A stretch of DNA of 64,000 bases, from the NCBI RefSeq assembly GCF_963921235.1, contig NC_086098.1, positions 142,786,001-142,850,000 on the forward strand, written 5' to 3'. Position 1 is the first letter of the stretch, and every line of letters starts with the position of its first letter. Made by a program: the position numbers and the translations under genes. Origin of the DNA: Mobula hypostoma (taxonomy: Eukaryota). This document shows positions 25,076 through 37,794 of this stretch, piece after piece. Below the pieces are notes generated by a model that saw nothing but the letters and a program-made list of their open reading frames with translations, was not told the DNA's origin and made no database searches.

Positions 25076-25774
25076 GGTATGCTGTTATTTAACAGGCAAC
25101 ATCTGGCATGCACCTTGAGTTTGGATCTTTAAAAAAGCTTGGATTTTAACAGTCTAGGATTTCAGATAAGTATTACCTTATCTTATATGTACTCCCATTT
25201 AGCGTATTACTCATATTTTGTTGCCAGTCGAACGGTTGAGAATGTGATGAGAAAAAAGACGCATGTTGGCCTTCCTAACAGAAAGTGGAGGTAAGATTGT
25301 AGGTGCTTTGACTGATTGCCTTACCACACATCTGCCACTGACTTCTCGTGAGTTTGTGAATGCGAAATATCTGACAGAGCAAATACCAGGTAGAGTAAAA
25401 GCAGAAATTGCTGAAAATACTCAGGAGGTCAGGTTCTCCATGGTTTTTGCTGTGGATCTAAAATAGTAATTGTTTCTCTCCACAGGTGTTGTCGGAACAT
25501 CAGAGTGTCTAGATTGCTTCTATTTTTAGTATCAACAGATTTTTTTCTTGAGTGTCAGGTGATAGAAGAAGGAAATTGACTGTTTTGTGTCCACACCCTT
25601 GTATGACTTTGTGCTTTTATGTAAAAAAGACAATTTGAACAAAGTAGAACTCAGACTACATTCACTGGAACACTAAAGGAGTTTAACACCTTGGGTGCAG
25701 TTGCAGACAATAGTGAAAGACCAGGAAACTAGCTCTGTTGTTATCTATCAATGTTACCAGAAATAACATCTCCT

Positions 25775-26740
25775 TCTTGCTGACAATCAAAACCGGCGCT
25801 CCTCAAGGTTGTGTGCTGAGCCCACTACTCTCTCTGTGCCCGTGACTGTGCAGCTAGGCACAAACGTCATCTATAAATTTGCCAACGACACAACTATCAT
25901 TGGCACAATTTCAGATGGTGACGAGGAGGTGTACAGGAGTAAGATAGATCATGTGGTTGAGTGATGTCGCAGCAACAACTGTGCACTCAGCATCAGAATG
26001 ACCAAGGAACTGATTGTGGACTTCAAGAAGGGGAAGTTGAGGAAACACACATCCCTCACCATCGAGGGATCAGCAGTGGAACGGGTGAGTAGTCTCATGT
26101 TCATGGGTGTCAGCATCCCTGAAGATCCATCCTGGCCTCAACACATTGATGCAGTTACATAGAAGGCACGACAGCATCCATATTTCATTTGGAGTTCGAG
26201 AAGATTTGGTATATCACCAAAAAACTAGCAAATTTCTACAGATGTACTGCAGAGAGCATACTGACTGGTTGCATCACTGTTTGGGCCACTGCACAGGATT
26301 GGAAAAAGCTGCAGAAATCTGAAAACTCAGCCAGCTCCATCATGGAGATGCCTCTCCAGCATCGAGGACATCTTCAAAAGTTGATGCCTCGATAAGGCAG
26401 CATTCACATTAAGGACCCCATCACCCTGGACATGACCTGTACTCATTACTCCTCTTTTCCATCAAGGAGGAGGCATGAAAAAATGTACTCAGCATTTTAG
26501 GAATGGGTTTGTCCTGTCCTGTCCACCAGCAGATTTCTGAATGGACAATGAATCCATGTACACTATCTCATTGTTTTCCCCCCTTTTTTTGCACTACCTT
26601 TTTAATTTCATTATATTTATCTATCTATATTAATAATAGCAATTTATGGTGTTTCTATAATGTACTGCACTGTACTGCTGCCACAAAACAATACATTTCA
26701 TGCCATATGCCAGTGATATTAAACCCGATTCTGATATTCC
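25775..26740 (+). mobile_element. Older Rex1-like LINE fragment
   Basis: TGAPQGCVLSP-like DNA near 25790; ORF 26189-26395 (NFYRCTAESILTGCITVW). Confidence 0.82.
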
Positions 26741-26999
26741 TCTAGTCTGCTGGAAGCCAAAATCTAACTTCTTCACAGATTTCACTGTAACTGGGAATTG
26801 CACAGACTCCCAAAAGGTGTGGTGGTTAATCCAATTTTGGATTATATGTCTGATTCACTTCTGACACTGCTGCTGAAGGAAGCATAGAGCCTTCAGACCT
26901 GTGCAGCTCGGGAACAAGGTCGCGTTTCCTTGAACAAAGTGTTTGACCCACCATGTTCCTCCCATCAAGTACCATTAATACGAATCCCTTTTGCCAGCT

Positions 27000-27660
27000 C
27001 TTATTCTGTAGCCTTCTACGCCATGGAGATTCAAGTGCTCACCTGGTACTTCTTAAATATCGTGCAAGCCCCTGCCTCCACCACCACTTTCACAGGAAGT
27101 GTGATTCTAATTGCCACCATTCTCTGGATGATACAGACGTCTTCCTCTGAACCCAGTGTTTCCAGCCCGGGGTCCATGGACCCCCTGCTTAATGGTATAA
27201 AAAATGGTTGGGAACGCCTGCTTTAAACAACTTTGTCCTATGCGTTCACCCATGTCCTACAGTTTTAGACACCACTGCTATGGGAATAGGATTCTCACTA
27301 CTGTGCGTACCACATGGATGCCCTTAATAATTTTGTATGACTATCATATCCAAGGAAAATAAACACATCTTATCCAGTCGCTATGCATAACTGAAAGGCT
27401 TCATCCCAAGCAGCACCCTGGCCAGTCTCCTCTGCACTCCACCCAAAGCAATTGCATCCTTTCTACAGAGCAGTGAGTAAAATTACATGCTCTGACTGTG
27501 ACCTAACCAGTGTTTTATATGTTGTACAATAACTTCCTTATACTTGTATTCTGTGCTCCAGCGAAGACGACAAAGACCCTGTAAGCCTTCTTCAACACCT
27601 TATCTAACCATGGAGCCACCTTCAGGGACCCTTGTAGTTGTACATTGAAGTGTGGAGCAA
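27000..27660 (-). mobile_element. Old CR1 fragment carrying a roughly 70-bp hAT-type MITE (about 27154-27220)
   Basis: CR1 3' motifs. MITE ends are cagtgtttcc... and ...gggaacgcctg, with a near-TSD ctctgaac/ctttaaac; a related core ggggtccatggacccc occurs near 31248. Confidence 0.55.
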
Positions 27661-27725
27661 GCATAATGGGCCAGCTACCCCATCCTGCTCATCATATGTA
27701 AACTGTAGAGTCCCATGTTTTGGCT

Positions 27726-28060
27726 CAGCTCAGTGCCCACTTCATTAGGTACACCTGGTTAATGCAATTATCTAATCGGCCAATCACATGGGAGAAACTC
27801 AATGCATGGAAGCATGCAGACGTAGTCAAGAGGCTCAGTTGTTGTTCAGACCGAGCATCAGAATGGAGGAAGAAATGTGATCTAAGTGACCTTGACTGTG
27901 GAATGATTGATGGTGCCAGATGGGGTAGTTTGAGTATCTGAGAAACTGCTGATCTCCTGGGACTTTTACACACAACTAGAGTTTACAGAGAATAGTGTGG
28001 TAAAGGAGAAACAGCCAGTGAGTGGAAACAGGAGGTACCTAATAAAGTGGCGATGGAGTG
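27726..28060 (+). mobile_element. Tc1/mariner non-autonomous element
   Basis: TIR-like ends cagtgcccacttcattaggtac / gtacctaataaagtggc, TA at 28061-28062; encodes the Tc1 N-terminal KKCDLSDLDCGMIDGARW..LSISETADLLG remnant. Confidence 0.85.
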
Positions 28061-28202
28061 TAAATCACATCACTGTAAGAAACTGCAGTAAATAAATGCA
28101 AAGACATTCATTGACCATTTCAAGTTCAATTTCTAAGTAATGCTCCCCTGCCGAAAATCACCTTATGTGCTTTTCAGCTGCTAAATCTGCCCCAGTCCTG
28201 TA

Positions 28203-28827
28203 TCCCTGGACTCCTCCATCCTGATCAAAAAGGCGCCACAGCGCCTTTATTTCCTGCGGAGCATGAAGAAAGCTCACCTCTGTCCCTGGATACTGACGGA
28301 CTTTTACTGCTGTACCATTGAGAGCATACTCACCAACTGCATCTCAGTGTGATTTGGCAATTGTCCCATATCGGACTACAAAGCACTCCAGCGTGTGGTG
28401 AAAACTGCCCAGCGGATTACCGGCACCCAATTGCCCACCATTGAGAACACCTACCATAAACGCAGCCTGGGCAGGGCGAAAAGCATTATCAGTGATGCAT
28501 CTCACCCTAACCATGGACTTTTTACTCTCCTCCCATCCAGTAGGCGCTACAGGAACCTCCGCTCCCACACCAGCAGGCACAGGAAGAGCTTCTTCCCTGA
28601 GGCTGTGACACTGCTGAACCTCACATCACAGCACTAAGCAGTATTGCACCCATATTGGACTGTCTCAGTATTTTTATATTTGTGTACTGTAGCACATTTT
28701 AAATTCGCAGTTATTTTGTAAATAACACTATTCTTTGCATTTCTGGTCAGATGCTAAATGCATTTCATTGGCTTTGTATCTGTACTCGGCACAATGACAA
28801 TAAAGTTGAATCTAATCTAATCTAATC
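28203..28827 (+). mobile_element. Rex1/Babar 3' fragment, same young family as 16588-17737
   Basis: Near-identical to about 17110-17737; ORF 28395-28637; (AATCT)n tail. Confidence 0.92.
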
Positions 28828-29522
28828 AACATGTGCATTACTTTTACTTCCCATCATAAGCAAGACCCACTTGTGGTTTATTCTGCTCCTTGGATAGGGA
28901 GCCAGATCTGGAAACAACTGACAAAATGAGACCCGGCTATCTCATTGAGAAGTGAGCTTGGAAAACCCAACCCCTGTCTGATTTTAGTGGGTTCCATTCT
29001 GACAGAAGGCTTTCGAGTTGAGCCCAAGGGATTGGGGTGGTGATGGAGGTGTGGAATGAGCATTCACCTATGAATCTGAAGACATCTGCACAGATTCTCT
29101 TAACACACCGAGCTAGGCAATAAATGGGCAAGGGATAATCGTGCTTTCACTTTCATGCAGTAGTGATTTTAAGGGAGCAACCACATCAGACAAATGATCA
29201 CTGTGCAAGTTTGTGACTACCTGGCAGTGTGAATGAATGTGGCTCAACTTGTTGTGCTTCCTGACCACATAATTTGCATATTCTTACCTTTTGGGCTTTC
29301 AAACAATTGACTTTGTATATGCCTAAACAGTGAACAGCACAAAGGAACTCTGTGAATTACTTTTCATTTCTAGCAGGTTTTTTCTCTGAACTATCTACAC
29401 TGTCTCCATTCCTATCGAATGTTGTCGGCCTGCATTTTTAGCACTCTTACATCAGATCCTATAGTGGGTCACATTATAACTTAGCTTTATTATCACACCT
29501 GTAATGTTATCCAGCATGATCT

Positions 29523-29803
29523 GGGGTGGCACAGTAGTGTAGTGGTTAGCACAACGCTTTACAGTACCAGCGACCCGGGTTCAATTCCCGCCGCTTCTGT
29601 AAGGAGTTTGTACGTTCTCCCCATGACCGCGTGGGTTTCCTCCGGGTGCTCCGGTTTCTTCAAAAGACCTACCGGTTAATTGGTCATTGTAAATTGTCCT
29701 GTGATTAGGCTAGGATTAAAATCTGGGGATTGGTGGATGGCGTGGCTCGAAAGTCTGGGAAGGCCGACTCCTCACTGTATGTCAATAAATAAATAAATAA
29801 ATA
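29523..29803 (+). mobile_element. tRNA-derived V-domain SINE (HE1-like)
   Basis: Pol III A box (tagtgtagtgg) and B box (ggttcaattcc), V-domain tgggtttcctccgggtgctccggtttc, (AATA)n tail. Confidence 0.88.
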
Positions 29804-30246
29804 AGCAGATGTTAAATGAAAGAAACATCGTTAAATTCTCTGAAAGAGAATGTTTGCTGATGATTACACAATTTTGAATTTCACTGGCAACTCCACCAAA
29901 AGTGATGTTGCCACACGTGCGTGAAGCAAGGTGCAGGATGGCCTGATAACATCCCCACCACAAAAATACCTCGCAATGGCCATCGGCATCAAGGGCGTCT
30001 AGCCAGCTCCCTGTGACGTTCAGTGGCATTACAATCACCAGATCCCCCGGTGTCAAATCCCTTGTCAACCAGAAACTGAAATAGACCAGCACAGAAATAC
30101 AAAGACAGGTCAGGGGCTTGGTGTCCTGCAGCAACTGACTGAAAGCCGTTTACACGAAAGGCTATGCTATTTCTATTTTCTTTCTGCACAGGTGCTGCTT
30201 GAGTCTGAATATTTCCAGCATTTTCTCATTCAGATTTCCACTATTT

Positions 30247-30688
30247 GCCTATCCACATCAACTCTATCTATCCCCCTCATAATTTTAAATACCTGAATGG
30301 GGGACATAATAGAGGTATTTAAAAGTATGAGGGGGATAGATAGAGTTGACGTGGATAGGCTTTTTCCATTGAGAGTAGGGGAGATTCAAACAAGAGGATA
30401 TGAGTTGAGAGTTAGGGGGCAAAAGTTTAGGGTTAACATAAGGGGGAACTTCTTTACTCAGAGAGTGGTAGCTATGTGGAATGAGCTTCCAGCAGAAGTG
30501 GTAGAGGCAGGTTTGATATTGTCATTAAAAGTAAAATTGGATAGCTATATGGACAGGAAAGGAATGGAGGGTTATGGGCAGAGTGCAGGTCGGTGGGTCT
30601 AGGTGAGAATAAGTGTTCGGCATGGACTAGGAGGGACGAGATGGCCTGTTTCCGTGCTGTAATTGTTATATGGTTATATCATATGGTT
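30247..30688 (+). mobile_element. CR1 3' fragment with a 48-bp fold-back inversion at its 5' end
   Basis: ORF 30297-30602; 30247-30294 is the reverse complement of 30313-30360 with 2 mismatches. Confidence 0.9.
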
Positions 30689-30819
30689 ATTTACAAAGTG
30701 CAGATCAAGCCATTTGCTCTTGCTGCTGGATGAGTGAAATTCAAGATAATCAACACTATCTGGGGCAATGTAGCGCATTTTTAGGTAAACCTAAACATTT
30801 ATCTATTCCAGGGGTTCAC

Positions 30820-31247
30820 ACTTACTTACTACCCTTTATGCCACTGGTGCTTAGGGCAGCAAGGAAGGCCCCCTGTCTCTGGCGGTGTTCAGGGCTTCCT
30901 TCACCATGCCAGTGGCATCCTCTTGGTTTTCACTACTGTCACTCATGAAAGTCCCGGGCGGAGACTCAGGAATAGCGTCACACTCAGATGTCGAAGGATT
31001 CTTCATTGCCGTTTCCGTAACAGTTTTGTTTTACCAGTCAGAGTTGTTAGCTCTGAGCTGAATCCCCGAACCTAGAGGATCGGTGGACCACTCATAGTCT
31101 GGCCTCTACTCTTTGACCTGTTTGGCAGGGGTGACCCAACCAAGAGCCAAAGCATAAAGCCCTGACTCCAGCCAACATAGCTCTTTGGGTCGTTGAGGCA
31201 CACAAGGCTTCAAACCCAATGTCAAGGTTCTGGTCCTCTTGGAGGCT
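30820..31247 (-). mobile_element. Non-autonomous RTE (Expander/Rex3-like) bipartite element
   Basis: (TAAG)n tail at the left end; RTE-type 5' UTR motifs (gcctcaacgacccaaagagctatg...gggtcacccctgcc) on the minus strand; no ORF. Confidence 0.6.
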
Positions 31248-31459
31248 GGGGTCCATGGACCCCTCAGTTAATGGTAAGACTCCATGGCATAAAACCCCTG
31301 TTCTACTCCAGCACTGATGCACAGTGACCGCAGTGTGTAAAATCCACAACAGTTACTCACTTAGAGTACTCTGACAGCACCACCCAACCATATGACCTCT
31401 GAGAAGAGCAAGAAGTGAATGGAAACTCCCATATAGGTTTCCTTAATTGCACAATCTCA

Positions 31460-31980
31460 GATCGCTAGACCCTGCAGCGGATAGTGAGGTCAGCTGAGAA
31501 GATCATCGGGGTCTCTCTTCCTGCCATTACAGACATTTACACCACACGCTGCATCCATAAAACCAACAGCATTATGAAGGACCCCACGCACCCCTCATAC
31601 AAACTCTTCTCCCTCCTGCCATCTGGCAAAAGGCACCAAAGTGTTCCGGCTGTCAAGACCAGACTATGTAACAGTTTCTTCCCCCAAGCCATCAGACTCC
31701 TCAATACCCAGAGCCTGGACCCACACCAACCTACTGCCCTCTACTGTGCCTATTGTCTTGTTTATTACTTATTGTAATGCCTGCACTGTTTTGTGCACTT
31801 TATGCAGTCCTGGGTAGGTCTGTAGTCTGGTGTAGTTTTGTGTTGTTTTACGTAGTTCAGTGTAGTTTTTGTATTGTTCATGTAGCACCATGGTCCTGAA
31901 AAACATTGTCTCATTTTTACTGTGTACTGTACCAGCAGTTATGGTGGAAATAACAATAAAAGGTGACTTGACTTGACTTT
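31460..31980 (+). mobile_element. Rex1-like 3' fragment
   Basis: ORF 31484-31777 (SAEKIIGVSLP..IMKDPTHPSYKLFSLLPSG); (GACTT)n tail. Confidence 0.88.
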
Positions 31981-32182
31981 CAAGATGCATACTGTCCCGA
32001 ACTGGCCCTTCATTGTGTCTGGGACATCCTAGGGCTCCCCATCCAGCAGTATTCTGGCAGGAAGTTCGCCAGAAAGACTTCATCAGTCTGAGAAGACAAC
32101 TCACTACCCTCTTCACAAGGGAAATGAGAATGATACAGTGTCAGGAATTCATTATCTTCATTTCTCTTAATTCAATGTTGGA

Positions 32183-33420
32183 AGTCAAAGTCAGGTTTAT
32201 TGTCACGTGCACAGGTGCAATGAAAAATCTACATAGTATCAGGTAAGCAGCATTCACATGAAAAAATAAAAATTAAACAGAAATCACACACACTTTTTAC
32301 AAGGAATAACACAAAATGATAAAAAGTCCAAGTGCATTTTAGTGCAAAGTGATGGAGATGGTCGTGGTGTTGGTCTATTGAAGCAATGATTGGGGTTGTG
32401 CAGGGTGACACAAGAGCCGAATGGTTGAAAGGAAGTAGCAGTTGTGGAACCTGGCGGTGTATGACCTCAAGCTCCCGTACCTCCTGCCTGATGGTAGCTG
32501 TGAGATGGTGGCATGGCCTGGAAAGTGGGGGGATCTTTGATAATCGATGTTGCCTTCTGAAGGCAGTGCCCGCTGTGGATACTAACAAAGGTCGAGATGG
32601 ACGTACCCATGATGTACTGAACAGACTGCTCTACTCTCTGCACCTTTTTTCATTCTTGTGTGTACAAGTTTCCGTACCAGACCATGGTGCGCCCTGTCGG
32701 GATATTTTCAACACTACATATGCAGAAGGTTGTTAGAATGGGGTGGCGCTGTGGCATAGTAGTTAGCACAACGCTTTACAGTACCAGTGACCCGGGTTCA
32801 ATTCCTGGCTTTACCCGTAAGGAGTGTGTACATTTTCCCTGTGACTGCATGGGTTTCTTCCTGGTGTTTCGGTTTCCTCCACAGTCCAAAGACTAAGTCC
32901 AAAGGTTGGTAGGTTACTTGGCTATTGTCCCATGATTAGGCGAGGGTTAAATCGGGGGATTGCTGGGTGGTGTGGCTCCAAGGGCTGGAGGGGCCTGCCC
33001 TGTGTTGTACTTCAATAAATAAGTGAATGTCCAGTGACGTGCCAGACCGTCTCAGAAAGATGCTGGTGCCTCTTCCTTGTGATTGCATCCATGTGCTGGG
33101 CCCAAGATGGGTCACCTGACATGTTAATGCCCAGGAACTTAAAGCAACCGACTCTCCCCCAATGTAGACTGGAGCAAGTTTGCCTTCCTTTACCTTCCCG
33201 AAGCCAGCAATCAGTTTGACATTGAGCAAGAAGCTGTTGATCCTGCAGTACCAAGCAGAAGCAGAAGAAGCAAAATCGTAGATAGAACTGGCGCTGTGCT
33301 TAGCCACAGTCTCATGTGTACAGAGAGATCGCTAAGCATTCAGCCTTGAACTTTATGCGTTGATGGTCGGCGAGGAGGAATGCTGTTACCAATCCTCAAA
33401 GACTGCGATCTGTCACTGAG
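32183..33420 (-). mobile_element. Old Rex1-like element interrupted by a SINE
   Basis: ORF 33012-33254 (CFKFLGINMSGDPSW) and Rex1-type 3' UTR. Confidence 0.65.
32741..33024 (+). mobile_element. V-domain SINE
   Basis: Same family as 29523; possible TSD gaatg at 32736-32740 and 33025-33029. Confidence 0.85.
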
Positions 33421-34524
33421 CAAATTGCAATTGCAGAGAGGAAGGGGCTGGCCACGATTCTGTGTGTGCCCCATTACTGAACAGCCGATATTTATGGTGT
33501 ACTGGTGCACCTGTCCACTTCCAACCAGCTCCTTTGCTTCTAGTTGTACAGCTACGTTTTCTGCAAGAAAAGAGAGAAAGACATTGGAGATTATGATGCA
33601 GACTTTTTTTGGGATGCCTTGACCATCATAGTTGAGCGGCTGTGAATGTGTGCAGGCAAAGAGATGACAGTGCAAAATGGAGCATATGATGTAAACTGAG
33701 AGCCCTGGCAGTTACTTGTGATGGTGTACTGAGCAGTGGTTTGGTTAATCATCTAGTTAGATAAAAATGAAACTTAAAGGTGCACTTAAAGGAAACTTAA
33801 AGATTCACATACTAATCACTCAAATAAATTCACTGAACTTTCAGCACTGCATCCAATCCCTCAGGCCGATCTCTTAACATTAAACTTAATGCCTACCTGA
33901 TCACGTATCCGGAGGACTTCCTGAACTCTCTTCTAGATACGTGAAATCTTCTTACTTTCCATTTCTATCACCATTACCTCCAAAGCCATGAATTTGCAGT
34001 TCCACTTTGTGTAATTCTTCAACATTTTCACAGTCACATGTTTGCCAGAATTCAATGCGTCCCCATACCTCCCCTTTAGTCAATGCATACTATATTTTCC
34101 CCCTTCCAGTCAATAGCATAGTTAGCTTTGGTTGGACATTGAATTCAGCAAGTACCACAACTTGTACGTCGGCTGGATTTGACATCACCTGCATGAATTA
34201 ATCTCAGAAGGTGAACTCCTCAGCCTGTTTCCAAGCTAGTGAATTTAATCAAGATCATGTCTCAGCAACCATGGAGAAATGAAATAAGAACTGGAAAATT
34301 ACCCTCTACATTATTCAGCACTGACTAATTGCATTCCACAAATGATGTTCTTCTGGTTCTGCGAAAACTGGAGGTGTAGGAATTAATTATTCATGATTGA
34401 AGTTTAAGAACTGGAATGATTTCCAAGTGTCTTATATGAACTCAGATCCAATATCAAACTGATAAGGTTGATGAGGGATATTGAGGTCTGGTCAGCCCAA
34501 AGGAAGTCCCTTCGACCCATCTCT

Positions 34525-35212
34525 TTTTAAATCTTTTTATTAATTTTCCAAAATTATAAACAGAATAACAATGTTGATACAGAGAGATTGGAATAACCTT
34601 ATTGTTGATAAGCATATACAAAAAAGATTTCAAATAATACAAGTATAATAAGACTTCCAAACTCTTGATATAATTAACCATAGAGAAAAAAGAAATAAAA
34701 AGAAAGAAAAATACAAAGGAAACCCCCCCAAAAAACCAAAAAACAAATAAAACTAAATATTAAACCCAAAAAAAGCAAGCAAAACAAAACAACGCTAGAC
34801 CATTATCTTAAATTGAACATGTTCAGTAATGTTGTCAAATCTGCTCCTCTATTCATATATTTTAAGTTAATAGGAAGGATTCAGAAAGGTCAAATTACAT
34901 CATATGAAAATGTTGAATAAGTGGTTTCCAAGTCTCTTCAAAGTTAACCGAAGGATCAAAAGTGTCACTTCTGATTTTTTCTAAATGTAAACATGATATA
35001 GTTTGGGAAAACCATTGAAATGTGGTAGGAAGGTTGGTCTCCTTCCAGTTCAATAAAATGGATCTTCTGGCCATTAAAGTAACAAATGTGATCATCCGAC
35101 AGGCTGAAGAGGATGAGGATCTATGTTCTGTCATTGGCAAACCTAAAATTGCCGTAATAGGATGGGGTTGTAAATCAAAACGCAAAACTGTTGAGATAAT
35201 ATCAAAAATCTC
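34525..35212 (-). mobile_element. L1-clade LINE 3' end
   Basis: ORF 34895-35185 (TLMARRSILLNWK...W..ISCLHLEKIR..F.ETWKPLI) resembles a fish L1 ORF2 C-terminus; AATAAA and A-rich tail on the minus strand near 34530. Confidence 0.82.
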
Positions 35213-35367
35213 ATCGATGCCAACCAGGGGCCTTCCTGAGTACTATTTACAGTAGCTTTTCTTCTTGTTCCTGCATCATTGACTCTGGTGTTACCACCCC
35301 CACCCCCCCGCCCCCCCGAGGAGCTGCCTTAGCTGCCTCTTTCCCATCTGTGTGCTGCCCTGTTCAC

Positions 35368-35748
35368 ATCAGAATGGGAACGGGAAGTGGAATTAAAATG
35401 GGTGCCCACTGGGAGATCCCGCTTGTTCTGGCAGACAGAGTACAGCTGGTCGGCAAAGCGGTCTCTCAATCTGTGTCAGGTTTCCTGAGATACGGGGGGC
35501 CACACCGGGAGCACCGGAGACAGTAGGTGACCCCAACAGACTCACAGGTGCAGTGTGGCCTCACCTGGAAGGTCTGTCTGGGTCCATGAATGGTAGTGAG
35601 CGCAGAGGTAGCACTTGTTCTGCTTGCAAGGATAAGTGCCAGGAGGGAGGTCAGTGGGGAGGAATGAATGGATGAGGGAGTCGCGTAGGGAGTGATCCCT
35701 GCAGAAAGCCGAAATTCGGTGGGGGGTGTGAGGAAAAGTTGTGTTTGG
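35368..35748 (-). mobile_element. Penelope GIY-YIG fragment
   Basis: PGTYPCKQNKC..C and FQVR.H.TCES.GV.YCLRCSRCG motifs. Confidence 0.85.
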
Positions 35749-35749
35749 T

Positions 35750-36478
35750 AATAGGTGCATGAGTAGGCCATTCAGCCCTTCGAGCCAGCACCACTATTCA
35801 CTGTGATCATGGCTGATCATCCACAATCAGTACCCTTTTCCTGCCTTCTCCCCATATCCCTTCACTCTGCTTTCTTTAAGAGCTCTATCTAACTCTTTTT
35901 TGAAAGACTCAGATAATTGGCCTCCACTGCCTTCTGAGGCAGAGCATTCCACAGAACCACAACCCTCTGTGTGAAAAAGTTTTTCCTCAACTCTGTTCTA
36001 AATTGTCTACTCCTTATTCTTAAACTGTGGCCTCTAGTTCTGGACTCCCCCAACATTGGGAACATGTTTCCTGCCTCTAGTGTGTGCAATCCCTTAATAA
36101 TCTTATATATTTCAATCAGATCCCCTCTTATCCTTCTAAATTTCAGCGTATACAGCCCCAGTCGCTCCAATCTTTCAACATATGACAGTCCCGCCATCCC
36201 GGGAATTAACCTCGTGAACCTACGCTGCACTCCCTCAATAGCTAGAATGTCCTTCCTCAAATTTGGAGACCAAAACTGTACACAATACTCCAGGTGTGGT
36301 CTCACCAGGGCCTTGTACAACTGCAGAAGGACCTCTTTGCTCCTATACTCAACTCCCCTTGTTATGAAGGCCAGCATGCCATTAGCTTTCTTCACTGCCT
36401 GCTGTACCTGCATGCTTACTTTCAGTGACTGATGAACAAGGACACCTAGATCTCGTTGTACTTCCCCTTTTCCTAACT
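35750..36478 (-). mobile_element. CR1 3' fragment (174-aa open ORF2 C-terminus)
   Basis: ORF 35889-36413 (LYKALVRPHLEYCVQFWSP...FFTQRVV.LWNALP). Confidence 0.95.
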
Positions 36479-36554
36479 GGATCCCACTGGAGATGCCGGA
36501 AATTGTAACTGGTCTGCATTTGGGAGGGTGATGAATGGAAGACTCCTTTTCAGG

Positions 36555-37790
36555 CAGATAGAGAGTTACTTAACTGATCTCAGTGTTGCAGGAGCATTAC
36601 AAGTGGACAGATGTACAAATATATAAATATTAGAAAAGAAGTAAAAAAGAGTAAAAAATAAGTTACCTCAAACAGTCTAATGGGGAGGGAGGAGGGGGGT
36701 CATCACTTCCCCAGCTATAGGTTGACTCATTATAGAGCCTAATGGCCGAGGGTAAGAATGATCTCATATAGCGCTCTTTGGAGCAGCACAGTTGTTGTAA
36801 TCTATTACTAGAAGTCCTTCTTTGTTCAGTCGAGGTGGCATGCAGAGGGTGAGAAACATTGTCCAGAATTGCCAGAATTCTCTGTAGGGTCCTTTGTTCT
36901 ACCACAGCCTCCAGTGTATCCAGTTTGACTCCGATAACAGAGCCAGCCTTTCTGATCAGTTTATTGAGCCTGTTGGCATCACCCGTGTTGATACCATTGC
37001 CCCAGCATGCCTCTGCATAGAAGATTGTACTGGCGACAACAGACTGGTAGAACAAGTGAAAATGAGAGTCCTACACACTGCAATGGACCTCAGTCTTCTC
37101 AGGAAGTAGAGGTGACTCTGACCGTTCTTGTACACAGCCTCTGTGTTAGTGCTCCACTCAAGTCTGTCATCCAGGTGCACCCCCAGGTACTTGTAGGCCC
37201 TCCCCACATCCACGTCCTCACCATTAAAAGTAACAGGGAGCAGTGCAGATTTAGTCTTCCTAAAGTCCATCACCATCTCCTTTGTTTACTGATGTTGAGC
37301 TGCAGATGATTCAGTTTGTACCATTTGACAAAGTCCTCCACAAAGGCCTTGTATTTATCCTCCCATCCTCCCTTGATACACACAAGTACGGTTGAGTCAT
37401 TAGAGAATTTCTGCTGATCTCATGACTCAGTATTGTGTCTAAACAGGAAGGGAGCTGATACAATCCCCTGTGGGTCTCCAGTGTTGCTTATAGTCATGTC
37501 TGACACACAGCTCTGAAGCCGCACAAACTGTGGTCTGCCAGTCAGGTTGTCCATTATCCAGGATGCAATGGAAGTGTCAGCCAGCAGTGAATGGAGCTTC
37601 TCCCCCAGTAATGAGGGTTGTTTGGTATTGAACACACTGGAGAAATCAAAAAACAAGATCCTCACAGTGCTGCCCTGCTTATCCAAATGGGAGTAGGCTC
37701 TGTTCAGCAGGTAGATGACAGCATCATCGACTCCAATCTGCTCCTGGTAGGCAAACCTCAGGGGATCAAGGGCTGACCTGACCAGGGATC
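36555..37790 (-). mobile_element. Rex1/Babar RT fragment
   Basis: ORFs 37420-37686 (VRILFFDFSS.FNT..TGDPQG.V.APFLF), 36956-37276 and 36663-37055. Confidence 0.92.
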
Positions 37791-37794
37791 AGAG

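Noticed and set aside
33511-33560. T-box similarity (VQLEAKEL)
   Set aside because: Lacks the following W..F...GTEM motif; chance match.
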